Positions 20,982 through 33,565 of a DNA stretch of 64,000 bases are shown here, one piece after another (within the stretch, counting starts at the first letter, position 1; every line of letters starts with the position of its first letter). The notes under the pieces were generated by a model, which saw nothing but the letters and a program-made list of their open reading frames with translations, had not been told where the DNA came from and ran no database searches. This DNA comes from an uncultured Nitrososphaerales archaeon (GTDB lineage Archaea > Thermoproteota > Nitrososphaeria > Nitrososphaerales > Nitrososphaeraceae): positions 50,350 to 114,349 of the forward strand of contig CAWJCY010000004.1 of assembly GCA_963841565.1 (NCBI GenBank). Direction: 5' to 3'. A program made the translations under genes and the position numbers.

Positions 20982-21314
20982 ATGGCAGATACTTTATGGA
21001 GCATAGTTCTCTTTGTCATAGGACTTGTAATTTCGACAGTCATAATTTACATTGTAACTAAACTATTTGGAGAAAAAGAGGGAATAAAGCATGCCTTTGG
21101 GGCTGCTCTTATAGGTTCGGTGGTTTATAGCGTAGTCTACTTCATTTTTGGCCACAGCTTCCTGGCTGCTGTAGCCGGGGGTATTGTATGGCTCCTCGCG
21201 CTGAAGGCTCTATATAGTTTCGGTTGGTTAAGGGCATTCATAATAGCTCTGATTATTTGGGTGATTTCTGGAATAGTAGGACTCATCATACCCACCGGGC
21301 CAGGCCCGTTATGA
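20982..21314 (+). CDS. Small 4-TM membrane protein
   Basis: Hydrophobic ORF with a TATA-like TATAAAAA upstream. Confidence 0.75.
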   Translation: MADTLWSIVLFVIGLVISTVIIYIVTKLFGEKEGIKHAFGAALIGSVVYSVVYFIFGHSFLAAVAGGIVWLLALKALYSFGWLRAFIIALIIWVISGIVGLIIPTGPGPL

Positions 21315-21708
21315 ATCTTACATTATGAAATCAACTTAAGTCAATGGGTAGTCCTATGATGCGGGCATCATCAGCAAATAGAATAAGAGAAGCGACAATG
21401 TATAAAGCAGCATCTGATGTTATCATGTATAAGGGTAATGCAACATTACTGAACAAATCAGGTCATTTTTTCCTCAAGGATTTTATTTGCAGACACCCCA
21501 TCGAAGTAAAGTCGTCCGAATTGATGAACCTGGCTCGAGTGCATCTGCCGATCCTAGTTTGTCCTTTTGTATTCAATGTTATGAAGAAAGTGATATACTT
21601 AGCATATTAGCCATGCACATTGCACGTTTTTCACAAATTTATGACGAAGACTGTCGGGACGAAATTACTCTGAATCTCACAGAAAAACATCAATCAGGCC
21701 ACATCTAG

Positions 21709-22200
21709 TTACTTGTGCAACGCGATCTCGTGTTTTAGTCTTGTCGTAAGATTCTCAATTTCAATTGGTTTGTGGATCAGACAGATATCAGAGTCATGTT
21801 TATTATTCGGAAATAAATCCATAAGGATCTCGTAATACTCATCGAATGCTGTAATGAAACAAATTGGTGGAGGGATCGCATTAGCATTCGTTGCTAGCTT
21901 CATGATTTCTTTTGTCAATTCCACCCCATTGAGTTCGGGCATCTTTACATCGATCAGCAACAGGTCATACGGCATGTGAACAGGTGATTCATCCTTGTTA
22001 CCATAAATGGTCTTAAAGATTGAAAGAACAGTAAGGGGGTCAGAGTATGCTTCTATTGAAAATCCACTATCCTCCAATCCCAGCTTTAGCGTTCGGAGTA
22101 TGTCCTTGTTGTCATCTACAACCATTACATGATATTTTGGGTTCAAATCACTACTCTCACCGTGCTTGTTTAGATTTTGTTGCTTCTTGAGGTCTATCAT
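21709..22200 (-). CDS. Stand-alone response regulator receiver protein
   Basis: VMVVDDN, LLLIDVKMP..NG, FITA, KP. Confidence 0.88.
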   Translation of the reverse strand: MIDLKKQQNLNKHGESSDLNPKYHVMVVDDNKDILRTLKLGLEDSGFSIEAYSDPLTVLSIFKTIYGNKDESPVHMPYDLLLIDVKMPELNGVELTKEIMKLATNANAIPPPICFITAFDEYYEILMDLFPNNKHDSDICLIHKPIEIENLTTRLKHEIALHK

Positions 22201-22667
22201 ACTCCTGGCCGTCCTTAGATATCCAACGAATTAACTCCATAATGTGGCCTATAATGTGACGCATTATATTGCCTCTTAAATAAGGAATAAGAATTACAAG
22301 TTGATTTACAATATAAAAGCTCAATAATAATTGCAATCAATGCACCACAGATTTAGCACATAATCAGATTTAAGCCTAGTGAAGATCAGTGTAAGGCTGA
22401 TAAAACGAATGACGCTTGCACGCACGGACCACAAAGCAGCTGAGGTAGGGAATAAGGCGGAATTATGAGCTAACCCAATCAAGGAAAAGATGGGATGCAT
22501 TAGAGGCTACTGCAGACTATGAATCCAATTCACTACTATTTTTCATTCTGAATATGACATAATTCCCACTTTTGGAAAGAGAGAAACTTACCTGCAATAA
22601 TTGTGATGATAGATGATATACAGAAGCATTAATCAATGTAAATAAACCTCCCTGATGATAATCCCCT

Positions 22668-23441
22668 TTAGATAGTGAACGAATCAGCAAACCTCCTTTG
22701 ACGCATTTGCCTAGATCTCTTTAGATCGATATCTACAATTATTGTTTGCTCTCTAACAGCTGCTCCAGTCTTAATTTTGGGGGTTGCAATATCGGTGCTC
22801 CTGTCATACTTGAGGTCCACTATCATACTCCTTCCACCAAATATACCTCCGCACACATTCGAGGCGACAACAGGAATTCTATTTTCCAGGGCTCGTACCT
22901 GCAAATACAAATGCCAGGGATTAATACCTGTTTTTGGTATTTTTGATGGAAAGAAGAGTAACTCTGCACCCTCACGAACAGCAGATCTTGCTATCTCTGG
23001 AAACACTAAATCATAACAAATAGGCACACTAAACTTAAGTTTACCAATTTCAAAGACCTCCATTTTTGAGCCTGGTTTTAGCGTCTTCCTTTGATCGCCA
23101 AATAAATGAATTTTGAGTTGCCTTCCTAATATGCTTCCATTTGGGGTAACAATAGGACATGACACAAAAGTATCGTCACAAATTTTTTCTTTAAATGCCC
23201 CAGGTATTATCGTGAAGTCGTATTCCCTAGCTGCATCGATGATGACCTTGAACTCTTTTTCAAAATCTCTAACTACTTTAGTGTACCAAAGTTCAGGTAG
23301 GCAGACGATCTCTAATTTCGCGCCATATATATCAGACGCTTTATGAAAGAGACTTTTCAGATGCTTAAGTATCAGTTCATCACTCGGAGCGGGTCCGAGT
23401 TTATCATATTGCTGCAATTGGATAAGGCCGATATTGACCAC
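22668..23441 (-). CDS. Carbon-nitrogen hydrolase (nitrilase/amidase family)
   Basis: LPELW, KIHLF and ICYDLVFPE (E-K-C triad), plus RALEN. Confidence 0.92.
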   Translation of the reverse strand: MVNIGLIQLQQYDKLGPAPSDELILKHLKSLFHKASDIYGAKLEIVCLPELWYTKVVRDFEKEFKVIIDAAREYDFTIIPGAFKEKICDDTFVSCPIVTPNGSILGRQLKIHLFGDQRKTLKPGSKMEVFEIGKLKFSVPICYDLVFPEIARSAVREGAELLFFPSKIPKTGINPWHLYLQVRALENRIPVVASNVCGGIFGGRSMIVDLKYDRSTDIATPKIKTGAAVREQTIIVDIDLKRSRQMRQRRFADSFTI

Positions 23442-23882
23442 AGCTAGAGATCTGCCCCATCAGTAAATATTCATTTACAATGAATGACGGGTGGTAGATT
23501 CATATAACGTAGAACTTCCTACGAGAAGAGTTTCTTATCCGAAATTAAGCAGGTGATTAAAGTAACTTTAGCAAAAAAGATGGTGGTGAGAAAGGGGAAA
23601 GCACCGAAAATTTGTTAGCACCTCAGTGGATTGCGATAATGATCGAACTTCTATCCCTCGATTCTACATACTACCAACGAATATGTTAGAAATAGTAGTG
23701 ACATGAATAGCCAGAATATATTTAGCACTGACTCCAGTTAATCACTTGAGTTAGTTTGAATACAGTATCAACAGAGAAATGAACTAACTTTGTTCCGCAA
23801 ACGGTTATTATGTCTATACTGTATCTGATTTGACTCACAAAGAATAGGCGTGAGTTTCAGCCCAACCTATGTCCGAGCAATT

Positions 23883-23931
23883 GGACGGCCAGGGGGAAGA
23901 AAATCTAGCTAAAACAACCCCTGGTCGCCTA
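23883..23931 (+). ncRNA. Hairpin-family element (putative structured sRNA or REP-like)
   Basis: CGGCCAGGGG (23886-95) pairs with CCCCTGGTCG (23918-27); same stem core as the copies at 48.6 and 51.4 kb. Confidence 0.45.
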
Positions 23932-24670
23932 CTCAACTCGATTTTCATGTTGAACACGTGCATAATACTGACGTATCGGTGTATAGATAAAACCTTAAGT
24001 CACCAAACTTCAATATATTCATACATGACTTTCTAATTGATCTATTCTATCGTCATTGTTCCTTAGTATTTCCTATTCTCCGAAGTTAATAGTTTTACAC
24101 ATATCTTCTAATCAATGACAGCATTCCGTCAATGGTTCAACCGGAATAGTTAGAAGGTGGATTAATTTACTCTTAATTTACAATACCCAGTACGTTCAAG
24201 ATTCTATCCGGAGATGACGCCTTTGGCCACATTTATCTTATCAACCAATGGTAAAAGCATTATAGAAAAAAAGGATTCAATTTTATCAAACCTCTAGTTG
24301 TAGGAAACGTGGAAGAGATTACATCAGGTATAAGTGAAATACAAAAAAAAGAAAGAACCAATATAAGTAACGGCTAGTGACAGAACTCAACAAATCGGTC
24401 TTCACACTCTGGGAAAAATTAGGTAGTCTCAGGGCCAAACTATTATCCTAGAGCAATGAGAATCCAAAAATCAAAGCTGGGCAACTAAATTTTAGATGAC
24501 ATCACTTTGCAGATTACCCCCATCACTATCCTTTCCTAATACGCTAATTACAATTTGTTGAAATTGCGTTATTAATCCTACTGCCACAATATGCCGGTAA
24601 ACGAATGTCTCGCAAGAAAAGTGCTCTCGCTAATACAGGAATGTAGGCTATTGTAGAAGCACACAGTATC

Positions 24671-24853
24671 ATGAAACTGCACGCCGTGGGGTTGGGAGGT
24701 GCAGCTGAAAATTATACCAGTACATTTCGAATAACGCTAGATGACGGGATATACGTTCTTTTATCTGCTGCCACTTGGGATCCTACTAGTGCTGACGAGG
24801 ATGTAGGCGGATATGTAATCTACAATTTTTTGGTAAACGTGACGAGTAAATAA
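24671..24853 (+). CDS. Probable C-terminal fragment of a secreted beta-sandwich protein
   Basis: Beta-strand-like composition (G.YVL..ATW...Y.FLVNV); upstream frames are broken. Confidence 0.35.
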   Translation: MKLHAVGLGGAAENYTSTFRITLDDGIYVLLSAATWDPTSADEDVGGYVIYNFLVNVTSK

Positions 24854-25011
24854 AGCACATAAGGCATTATGGAGTAATCAATGCGAGTGTTTCCAATGGG
24901 AATTTGATTTTGGGCGATGAAATGGGAATAGTTCTTATGTAATAGATCGATCTCTTCGTGTTAGGTGGGACTAATTTCGATCTGCTACTTTAATAAAGAG
25001 TGAGCAAGGCT

Positions 25012-25455
25012 TTACTTCTTTTTACCTTTGAAATGCATACTGATCTTCAAGTTGTTCCAAATTTCTACTCGTCTTGACTTCCAAGATATCGTTGAATGCT
25101 TCAAATTCCAATGTTTAACAAAATAGTAAATTATTGGTCGAAGATGGTCGGGGGCAGCAAAGGGGCCGAATTCTTCAGCAACTTTGCCCATTTCTCTTCC
25201 TAATTTTACACATTCCCAGCATCCTACAATTGGAATTAAAGGAGCTATATAATATCCTGCCTGTCTTCCAGTATATCCCCACGCTTCACCGACTATACAG
25301 TATTTAGAATCATGAACAAGAGTCTTCACGTCTTGTTCATCAAATCCAGACTTTAGTTTGAATGACCAAACAGGACAGATATCTTTGAAGTCTAAACTTT
25401 CATGGAACGACAGAGGTATTTCTTGTTTCTTATCTGTCTCATTGCCTTTCATCAC
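25012..25455 (-). CDS. Hypothetical protein (Cys/His/Trp-rich)
   Basis: 147-aa ORF with CPVW, CIVGEAWG, CWEC and HWNLKH. Confidence 0.65.
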   Translation of the reverse strand: MMKGNETDKKQEIPLSFHESLDFKDICPVWSFKLKSGFDEQDVKTLVHDSKYCIVGEAWGYTGRQAGYYIAPLIPIVGCWECVKLGREMGKVAEEFGPFAAPDHLRPIIYYFVKHWNLKHSTISWKSRRVEIWNNLKISMHFKGKKK

Positions 25456-25628
25456 AGTGTACAGGGAGAAGCATCATTTATCCCTTCTCTTTGTTAGGGA
25501 TTCATTAATTTTCAAGTGGTGGCCAGAAACTCGAGACTCAACGTCTGAGTTGACAACCATGAAAAGACGAACTTGAGAATAGAGACAAGTAAAAGATACT
25601 TAAAGATCCATGATATAGTATACCTGTG

Positions 25629-26313
25629 TTGAAAATACCCATCAATAGGAGGCACTTAGAGGACGGCTAGAATACTTTCTGTCAATGTATCACTTCCAAG
25701 AGACATAGATTTTGAGGGACAGAAATTAACAACAGGTATTTTCAAGGAGCCAGTTGAGGGACGTATAAGGTTGAAGACGCTTAATCTTGAGGGCGACAGA
25801 CAAGCAGATTTAACAGTGCATGGTGGACCTGATAAAGCAGTGTATGCATATTCTGTGGAACATTACGAATATTGGCACAGTGTTTTTCCCGACTTAGCGA
25901 TGCCAAATGGGATGTTCGGAGAAAACCTTACAGTAGAAGGACTGATGGAGAACGAGATTAACGTAGGGGATGTTTTTCGAATAGGATCTGCCACTGTTAT
26001 TGCAACACAGCCACGAATGCCGTGTTACAAACTTGGAATAAAATTTGGACGCATGGATGTCATCAAAAAGTTTCTGGCTAGCGGCCGTTCAGGAATATAC
26101 TTTAAGGTTTCAAAGGAGGGAGAAGTCGCAACAGGTGATTCGATAGATCAAATTACAAAAGACCCTAATCGAATTACTATCAGCGACATAGTGCGATTAT
26201 ACTCAATTGAGAGGGAGGATCTCCAAATGATGCGACGTGCGATGAAAGTTGATGCATTACCTAAAGGATGGAAGCGCTATTTTCTGGAACAAATCCAAAG
26301 ATTAGAAAAATGA
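25629..26313 (+). CDS. MOSC-domain protein (YiiM-like with 3-alpha C-terminus); 5' end apparently frameshifted
   Basis: RILSVNVS..., TGIFKEP, GDRQADLTVHGGPDKAV, FGENL, QPRMPCYKL. Conserved sequence extends upstream of 25771 to about 25660. Confidence 0.88.
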
Positions 26314-26361
26314 TTTACCAGATATCGAAGTAGATTAAAGGCTAAAAATGAGGTTATCAAA

Positions 26362-27522
26362 ATGTATGAAATTAAAAAGACGAATGGGAAGGAAATAAGG
26401 GAAGTGGAGAGGAGAAAGCAACAACAAATAGATGGATATGATGATCGTGAGGTCAAGAATTTACTCGTTGATAGTTTTGGCAGAATTGGAAAAAAACTAA
26501 GGATCTCGGTGACAGACAAGTGTAATATGCGTTGCACATATTGCATGCCAAGAGAAAAAGTTAGATGGTTTGATGGACATAATATTTTAGATTATAGTGA
26601 GATCGCTAGACTTGTTTCTATTCTTGCAGATCTTGGTATAGAGCGAATAAGACTGACAGGAGGAGAACCACTTCTTAGACCAAATTTAGAGAACCTCATA
26701 ATTGGATTGACCAAGATAAAAGGTATTAAATCAATTAGCATGACAACGAATGGCGTATTATTTGGAAAAAAAGCCAGAGCGTTGAAGGCTGCTGGACTTG
26801 AAGGTGTAAATATAAGTCTCGACACATTTAGACCAGCGAGATTCAAAGAGATAACTGGCATAAATAGCATTAACAAAGTCATTGAAGCCATTAATGCTGC
26901 GGAAAGGGTTGGCTTGAATGTAAAAATTAACACTGTGGTAATAAGAGGATGGAACGACGATGAAATTGTTGATTTTGCTAATTTTGCACGGGATACTGGA
27001 CACATAGTACGTTTTATAGAATTTATGCCATTAGATGGGAGCGGAATTTGGCAGTCAAATTTGGTTTATACCAAAAGAGAAATGATCGATCTGATAACTA
27101 GAAACCTGGGCGGGATCGTACCTCTAAATGATTGCCCAAATTGCGACATCAGCGATACCAATGATATGGACCACAAGAATAATTCAATTAAGTATTACAA
27201 TCAAAACCATAAATCCGATCCTGCTACACTTTTTTCATTTTGTGATGGAAGGGGGGCAATTGGATTTATCCCATCAATGAGTGAACCGTTCTGCGCCAGC
27301 TGTGATAGAATGAGACTAACTTCAGATGGCAGATTGTTAACATGTCTCTTTGAAAACCCAGGATATGATCTTAGAAATATGTTGAGAAGCGGCAAGACAA
27401 ATTATTATATTAAGAAGAAAATTACAGAAAATGTAATGAAAAAGCCTGAAGGGATAATTAAGATCATCAAGACAAACTCATTAAAACCTTCCTTAAATTT
27501 GATGCATACAATAGGAGGATAA
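26362..27522 (+). CDS. moaA: GTP 3',8-cyclase MoaA (radical SAM)
   Basis: LRISVTDKCNMRCTYCMP, TGGEP, RFIEFMP, FCASCDRMRLT..G....CL and C-terminal IGG. Confidence 0.96.
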   Translation: MYEIKKTNGKEIREVERRKQQQIDGYDDREVKNLLVDSFGRIGKKLRISVTDKCNMRCTYCMPREKVRWFDGHNILDYSEIARLVSILADLGIERIRLTGGEPLLRPNLENLIIGLTKIKGIKSISMTTNGVLFGKKARALKAAGLEGVNISLDTFRPARFKEITGINSINKVIEAINAAERVGLNVKINTVVIRGWNDDEIVDFANFARDTGHIVRFIEFMPLDGSGIWQSNLVYTKREMIDLITRNLGGIVPLNDCPNCDISDTNDMDHKNNSIKYYNQNHKSDPATLFSFCDGRGAIGFIPSMSEPFCASCDRMRLTSDGRLLTCLFENPGYDLRNMLRSGKTNYYIKKKITENVMKKPEGIIKIIKTNSLKPSLNLMHTIGG

Positions 27523-27818
27523 CTTTCATGCTTTAACTGCATACGATCCTCTTCAGACCCATCTAATTTTCTGCACTAACGCTTTATTTTCTTAATCTTA
27601 CATAGACAGTTCTACCGAACGTGCCAGTGGAAGAAGGGAGCTCTAACAGATATCAAGAATTCATTAGACTATATTTGAAAAATGAATGAAATCTTTGAAC
27701 AGTATTAGTACACTGAAGGTTCGATTGCGATTGGCAAAATAAGCCCTAAGAGGATTAAAATAGTATTTCTCCACCCTAAATACCAAATATTTGATAATTG
27801 CTATGAAACAACGGTGTT

Positions 27819-28133
27819 CTAGTTCGGTGAATGAAATGAAATATTAGATTTCTCTATTCTTCCAGCACGTCTACTCAGCATCTTAAAGGAATCTATTGCA
27901 TCAATTTCGATGACTCCTGGTAGATGTTGGATGGTTTGAATATAGTTATTCAGTACATAAAGATCTTGTAACCTTACTTCTATTCTGATATCACTCTCCG
28001 TGAGGTCATCTGACGAAGATCTATTGATTACTTGTACTAGCCCAGCCAACTGTTTTTCAGTTTCCTGATCCAAAGGATATCTTCCAGATTGAATCGAATC
28101 TTCAATCATTTTACATAGTTCAGATATTTTCAA
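27819..28133 (-). CDS. Hypothetical protein
   Basis: 104-aa ORF with protein-like composition. Confidence 0.6.
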   Translation of the reverse strand: MKISELCKMIEDSIQSGRYPLDQETEKQLAGLVQVINRSSSDDLTESDIRIEVRLQDLYVLNNYIQTIQHLPGVIEIDAIDSFKMLSRRAGRIEKSNISFHSPN

Positions 28134-28365
28134 TTGTCACAAAGTTTATTTGAAATCTAATATTATTGTATTTGACGGAAAGTCGTATTAGGAGACTCGT
28201 CATCTCCCATCATCATTGAAAATAGATTTTCAATGTGCGTTTGTGCCTCCAAACCTTAAATATGAAGTATCGGCAATTCGCCGACCTCCGTCTCACCGAA
28301 AAAATGATATGGCTTGTGTTGAGAATATTATGACCAATTTAGAAGCCACACCATTCTTCCTGTTT

Positions 28366-28950
28366 CTAATTGAAAAAGTCGGACAGACTCGCCCGTTTGC
28401 TTCCAGTCGCGCAATTTTTCTTGCTCCCATCGCAACTTACACCAGGATCATCCTTTGAAACATACGCACCTCCCCATTTTACTTCTTCTAGACCCAACAA
28501 TTGTCTGAAGATATTTACTGTACCAGGACCAAAGCCGATGTAATGATTATTTGCAGCAATGATAGCAAATTTAACATTTGATAAATTTCCTTCGTTACTA
28601 TCATCCTTGAAGTTTCGTACGACTTTCTTCATTTCCTTTATTTTATCAATCTGAATTTGCTCGAAATTTTTTTCTAGTGTGCTTCTGTCACCAATGAATC
28701 TTACATAGACAATATCCGAAGCGACTATCGAAGGAGTATGTATCTCTGCAAGTTGACTCCATCAAAGACACACCATATTGTTCGCGAAGAAGTTGTAGGC
28801 AAGATCTTGAAACCAAGATCTATGCCTTACTTCTACAGCGTATCTGAAACCTCTGTCAAGTCATGGAATGATATTCTTTAAGGCTTCTATACCTTCTACA
28901 ATCTGTATGGATGGTGGCAACTGGATTAAATAACGTTAGTAATTTCTCTT
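28366..28950 (-). pseudogene. DUF72 (YecE-like TIM barrel) pseudogene, 3' half
   Basis: IQLPPS, FRYAVEVRHRSW, YVRFIGDR and ANNHYIGFGP across broken frames; paralog of 43461-44343. Confidence 0.85.
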
Positions 28951-29020
28951 TCAATGTTACTCAAAATATATTGTGTATTCAATCTACTTTAATATATAAC
29001 AAGTCTCATTAGCTTCCACT

Positions 29021-29224
29021 TTGATACTCACTGATCTGATACTTCCACTAATTATTAACCCTAACGAAAAAATAAGTCGAATCCTTAGAATAATCGAAAC
29101 TAAGCAGAATGGACTTTGCATCTCTTGTGGAGGGCAGATCACAAACGACCATGCTATAGTAAGTAGCGGGCGTCCTAGGCATTACTATCACAAATTCTGT
29201 GCGATTAAACACAATATTATTTAG
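29021..29224 (+). CDS. Small putative Zn-binding protein
   Basis: CISC...YYHKFCA motif. Confidence 0.6.
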   Translation: MILTDLILPLIINPNEKISRILRIIETKQNGLCISCGGQITNDHAIVSSGRPRHYYHKFCAIKHNII

Positions 29225-29714
29225 CCGCCCAACGATAGAGCATTGGTAATAGAATTTTTTTAATGCATTAATTTTGCCAAATGGTTTTCAATTGGCATTA
29301 GAATAAATTAAAAAAAGGAAATCGGAGCAGCGGTCCTATGATGGCTATATCATTCCCTAGAAACCCACTAGCATTTATCCTCGAATGATGTTCAAATTTG
29401 TATTTAGTCCCTGGTAATCCCAAATTGAGACCATTCCGGTAGCGCATCCTACTTTCATTTCATTCATTATATATTAGAAGTTTTTCTGAGTCACGGATCA
29501 GGGACCGAACTTCGATGCATGAGAAGTCACGTTCTGATAGTCAATGAGATAACCATCACGTACGAAAAAATAAAGCCATGCAACGACCCTGACGTTACGA
29601 GGAATGCTTAGACCTACATTGGATCCGACTTATTCTAAGAGAAAAAAATTAAATGTGGATAAGAGCCCGATTTCGCTTAACGCAGATAAACACTAATCTA
29701 GCACATACTATCAA

Positions 29715-29970
29715 AAAAGATCCAAAAAAACCGAAGATTATGAAATTTGTTGCATAACTCCAAACACCTGGTAGCAACTCAACTAGTCAAGTGGGAAGCT
29801 CTATTGCAGCTTCTGAATGAGAGAGCTAAGGTACAACAATTTCCAATACTAGCAAAATCATAACCATTGCCAGAACAGCATCTGTAACCGTTATAATACA
29901 ATCTCTACTAACATTATTCCCAACTTCATGTGTCAATCCACGTTCGCGATTAAGTTTTGCAGATTGTACC
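29715..29970 (-). pseudogene. TMEM175/DUF1211 K+-channel-like 5' remnant
   Basis: Minus frame reads 'SRDCIITVTDAVLAMVMILLVLEIVVP*LSHSEAAIELPT*LVELLPGVWSYATNFIIFGFF', resembling TMEM175 TM1 (..DAVFAI..TLLVLEI), with two stops. Confidence 0.6.
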
Positions 29971-30136
29971 TATAAAATATGATCCTCAATAAGCCCGCTG
30001 GTTCCACTATGGAACAGTGTTTAGCAAGGATGATGTGTAAAAGAATGCAGGGGTTATGATCATAGTTGCGTGACTTTGCTAAACATTTAATAATGTAGAT
30101 AAAATCTTATATTCTACGTAGTATTATAAATCTACT

Positions 30137-30787
30137 ATGTCTTCTTCAGCCACTTCTCAACCTGATCCGAACTTGTCGTCTCCTTCTTGGAAAATTGAAG
30201 GCGATTATTTTGAAGGTTGTAATTGTGATGTAATTTGTCCATGCATATTTATGGCTGATCCAGACGAAGGATTTTGTGATGTAATTCCAGCATGGCATAT
30301 CAATAGAGGAAACTTTACTAATATTGGTCTAGATGATTTGAATGTGGTAGCTTTCTTTCATACCCCTGGAAACATGCTGACTGGCCCAAAGTGGAAAGTT
30401 GTAATGTATATTGACCAGCGGGCAACGGCTGAACAGTTGGATGCCATTACTAAAATTTTCTCCGGACAATCTGGCGGTTTCTTTGGAGCAGCAAAGAATC
30501 TATTCGGGGAAATATTAGGCATCAAACAATCTCCGATTGAGTTCGGCGTCGAAGGGAAGCGTAGATGGCTGCGAATAGATGATTCATTAGAATTAGACAT
30601 AGAGGGAATCAAAGGTGCAGACCAGAATAGAGAAGCTCTTATTACCAATCCAGCATTTTCTGCAGTTCCTAATAGCGATTTGGTAGTCGCACGCTCAACT
30701 AAAAACGTCTACAATGATTTTGGATTCAAATGGAATAATTCAGGGAAGAACGGCTTCTACTGTAAGTTTAAATATTCTTCATCTTAG
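30137..30787 (+). CDS. DUF1326 family protein
   Basis: W.I.GDYFEGCNC...CPC, YIDQRAT.EQ..A...IFSG..GG. Confidence 0.88.
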   Translation: MSSSATSQPDPNLSSPSWKIEGDYFEGCNCDVICPCIFMADPDEGFCDVIPAWHINRGNFTNIGLDDLNVVAFFHTPGNMLTGPKWKVVMYIDQRATAEQLDAITKIFSGQSGGFFGAAKNLFGEILGIKQSPIEFGVEGKRRWLRIDDSLELDIEGIKGADQNREALITNPAFSAVPNSDLVVARSTKNVYNDFGFKWNNSGKNGFYCKFKYSSS

Positions 30788-32122
30788 CACGTTCAGCTAT
30801 GCTAATTAGGTCATTGACACATAGTGACCTGAGCAATCCGATCAGGCGAACAAAGAACGAGGAAATTGAGGATTCGCAATGAACTCAATTTTAATCATTT
30901 ACTCAGAGCTGAAACGTTTTGTTTTGCAATCCAGCCGGATTATAGCTGCTGGTACGCTCTTTTGTAAAGATATGCCTATTTTGACCTAGTTGTGGTAATT
31001 GAAGAAATTAATCAAGATAGATATAGCCTATACTGGTTATGATTCGTCTCCACTTCTACGCTCACTGGATTTGAACGATTAACCCCGTAAACTGTCTTGA
31101 CTAAATTCAGGTGAACCGTACTCACGGATCTTAGACTTTCGGTCATGCGTTTGTTTATGTATTTCAAGGCGTCTTTTTTCATCAAATACACTGCCACACT
31201 TGCTACATTTGAACACCATTCACATCTTTACGATAGAAAGAGATATACATTTATCGATATTAGAATTTTTGATGTTCATATCACGCCTTATTATTATTGC
31301 CACTAAATCTGGGGAAATTATTGCTCTTTTTTAGCTTTAGCCAGTACCCAACAGACGATGATAGCTATGACTATATGAACAATTACTATGGCAACTGCAT
31401 GATTGATTTTCAAATCCAAACATGTTCAATAACGATTTAGGAGATTGGTCAGCCATCATGATAGAGGAAGAAAGTACAACCAACGTATCGACAAGATTGA
31501 AAGATTAATTTTGTTAAGCTGATCATCTTTCAGCACCTTCCATCATCTCGTTGTGCTTTATATTGCTGTTGGTCCATATTGGTCTGCAAGAAGGTGTTGT
31601 ACGACGGTCTGCGTAGCCCTTTCTTTAGTTGGCGGTCTGAGAAGCGGATGTAGATCTGGTCAAAGCTCAAATTTAAGAGGTGAGAGTGATCAGTAACGAA
31701 TATCTCCAATGTAATAAGGCATTATGAATCGAATCAAGCAATCTTACAGTCAAATGACTGACAATCGATTCGTCTCAGACTATTGGAAGTAAAAACATTT
31801 CTTAACCAAAGTGACGAGAATTTAGTTATTCCATCAGCCGTGAGTGTATTTCCAGGATTCTAACATGGATATTCGCAGTTAATGAGTAAGTACGCAATAT
31901 TTATTTTCCACTTGCCTACCCACTATATGACTTCCAATGATTGAAAGCAATGTTTGTCAGCTAACTAGCCACGTTCTTTACGGCTAAGGCGTACCTGTCA
32001 ATTTTAGTATCATTTTGAATCATGATTGCCCCAGGTCTTTTAACACTAAAGTCAGACTAGAAGTCAAGTTTCAAAAATAAGAAAAGGATGGACATTCTAT
32101 CGAAGACCTTCGTCTAGCTACT

Positions 32123-32483
32123 TTAATTCTTGGCGTATTCTTTGAGGCCTGTAAAATCGATTCCAACAAGAGGTTCATTTCCAACAACCCAAGCATTGTG
32201 TCCAGGCGGAATTACAGCAGCATCGCCTGGACCAAATTCTTCTTCTGCACCATCATCCATAACCACTCTAATTCTACCAGAAACTATGTACCTGAGTATG
32301 AGGTGCTTGGCAACTATCTGTTTTTACGATGGGTTTCACACATTTTTCCCAACTCCAGCCTGGTTCCAATATAGCTCGACCGATTGTAACATCCCCAAGG
32401 TTTACAAGCTCAATCTTGCCTTTTTCAAATGTTCGTGTTTCATCCGGTGAAGAGTCAAGGCTCTTTTTCTGTATTTTTGCCAT
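32123..32483 (-). CDS. Cupin-domain protein, frameshifted (extra G near 32290)
   Basis: PDETRTF.KG, LEPGWSW...VKP...TDSCQAPH, then in the next frame YIVSGRI...GPGDAAVIPPGHNAWVVG. Confidence 0.85.
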
Positions 32484-33199
32484 TTAATCTTAATATATCA
32501 CAGTGTCTTCTTATAATAATAGCGATTGTTTGGTAATTGTTATACTCTCTGTCTAAGAAATAATATGTCTTAAAGGCACATTGTTTCATTATATATCTCG
32601 TCCTCTTTCTCTTTGGTATCTAAGGAATTGGTTCTCCCATTTACCGTTTACACGTACTAACAAATGGGTTATTTCCCCGGCAATCTTGGATCAAAGCGTA
32701 ATAGGCGATGTATTTCATGCAAATTAAATAACATGTCTCGAATTCACCAGCCATATGAAGGAGAAGGGAGTCAAAATATTATTATCACAGAATGCCTGCT
32801 CTCAAGCGTAACATAACATATTCTTTCGTCAGATTGAATTCTGTTAATTCATCGAAGACGTATCTTCTCTTGTCCAAAAATTTGTTAAAAAACTGAAATC
32901 AGAAATTAAGCTTAGCAGATAATTCCATTTTGAATGATCAGCGATGGATGACTCTTTTTGATGGACGATTGAACACTGGTTAGGTATGAGTTATTGAACG
33001 TTTTAAAACGCTCAAGATGTTCAGCACGAAATCAATCAATAGTCATGAGTGGATTGTAACGAATACTATGAAACCTATTTGAGACTAATTAATCTAGTCG
33101 CGTTATCTATAGCAATAAGCAAAAGGAACGATAATGGCCAGGAGTAATTTCCAAACTAGCTGTTCTGTAATGGTTATTGTAATCATATCAATATCATTG

Positions 33200-33565
33200 C
33201 TATGGGAATGGAATCAATGAAGACGTATCGCCAGATTCTTCTTTCCCATTCTCTTCTGAATCATCATCATTACTTTCTTCTTCGCTCACTTCATCGTTAC
33301 CAGAATCGGTTTCATCATTACTTTCTATATTATCGGAATCCAAAGGGTCCATGCTATCGTCGCGTTCAGTGTTGTCTAGATCTTCTCTCGTTGGTGATAT
33401 ATCTGGAAGAATTAGGGGAGTTTCAATATCGTTGGATGGTAACTCATCCATGGATTCAGAATTGGCTGAAGATGATGATTTCTCACCACAAGTGGTTTGA
33501 TTAGTTAGACTGACGCTTGGATCACAGGAGACATTGCTCCCATAGATTTGAATTGGAAATATCAA
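33200..33565 (-). CDS. Acidic low-complexity (probably secreted) protein; signal region appears damaged
   Basis: Cys pair, D/E/S-rich body, C-terminal LIPFP. Confidence 0.5.
   Translation of the reverse strand: MIFPIQIYGSNVSCDPSVSLTNQTTCGEKSSSSANSESMDELPSNDIETPLILPDISPTREDLDNTERDDSMDPLDSDNIESNDETDSGNDEVSEEESNDDDSEENGKEESGDTSSLIPFP

Noticed and set aside
27620-27645. ORB-like motif TGCCAGTGGAAGAAGGGAG
   Set aside because: Single imperfect copy with no orc1/cdc6 gene or repeated ORBs nearby.
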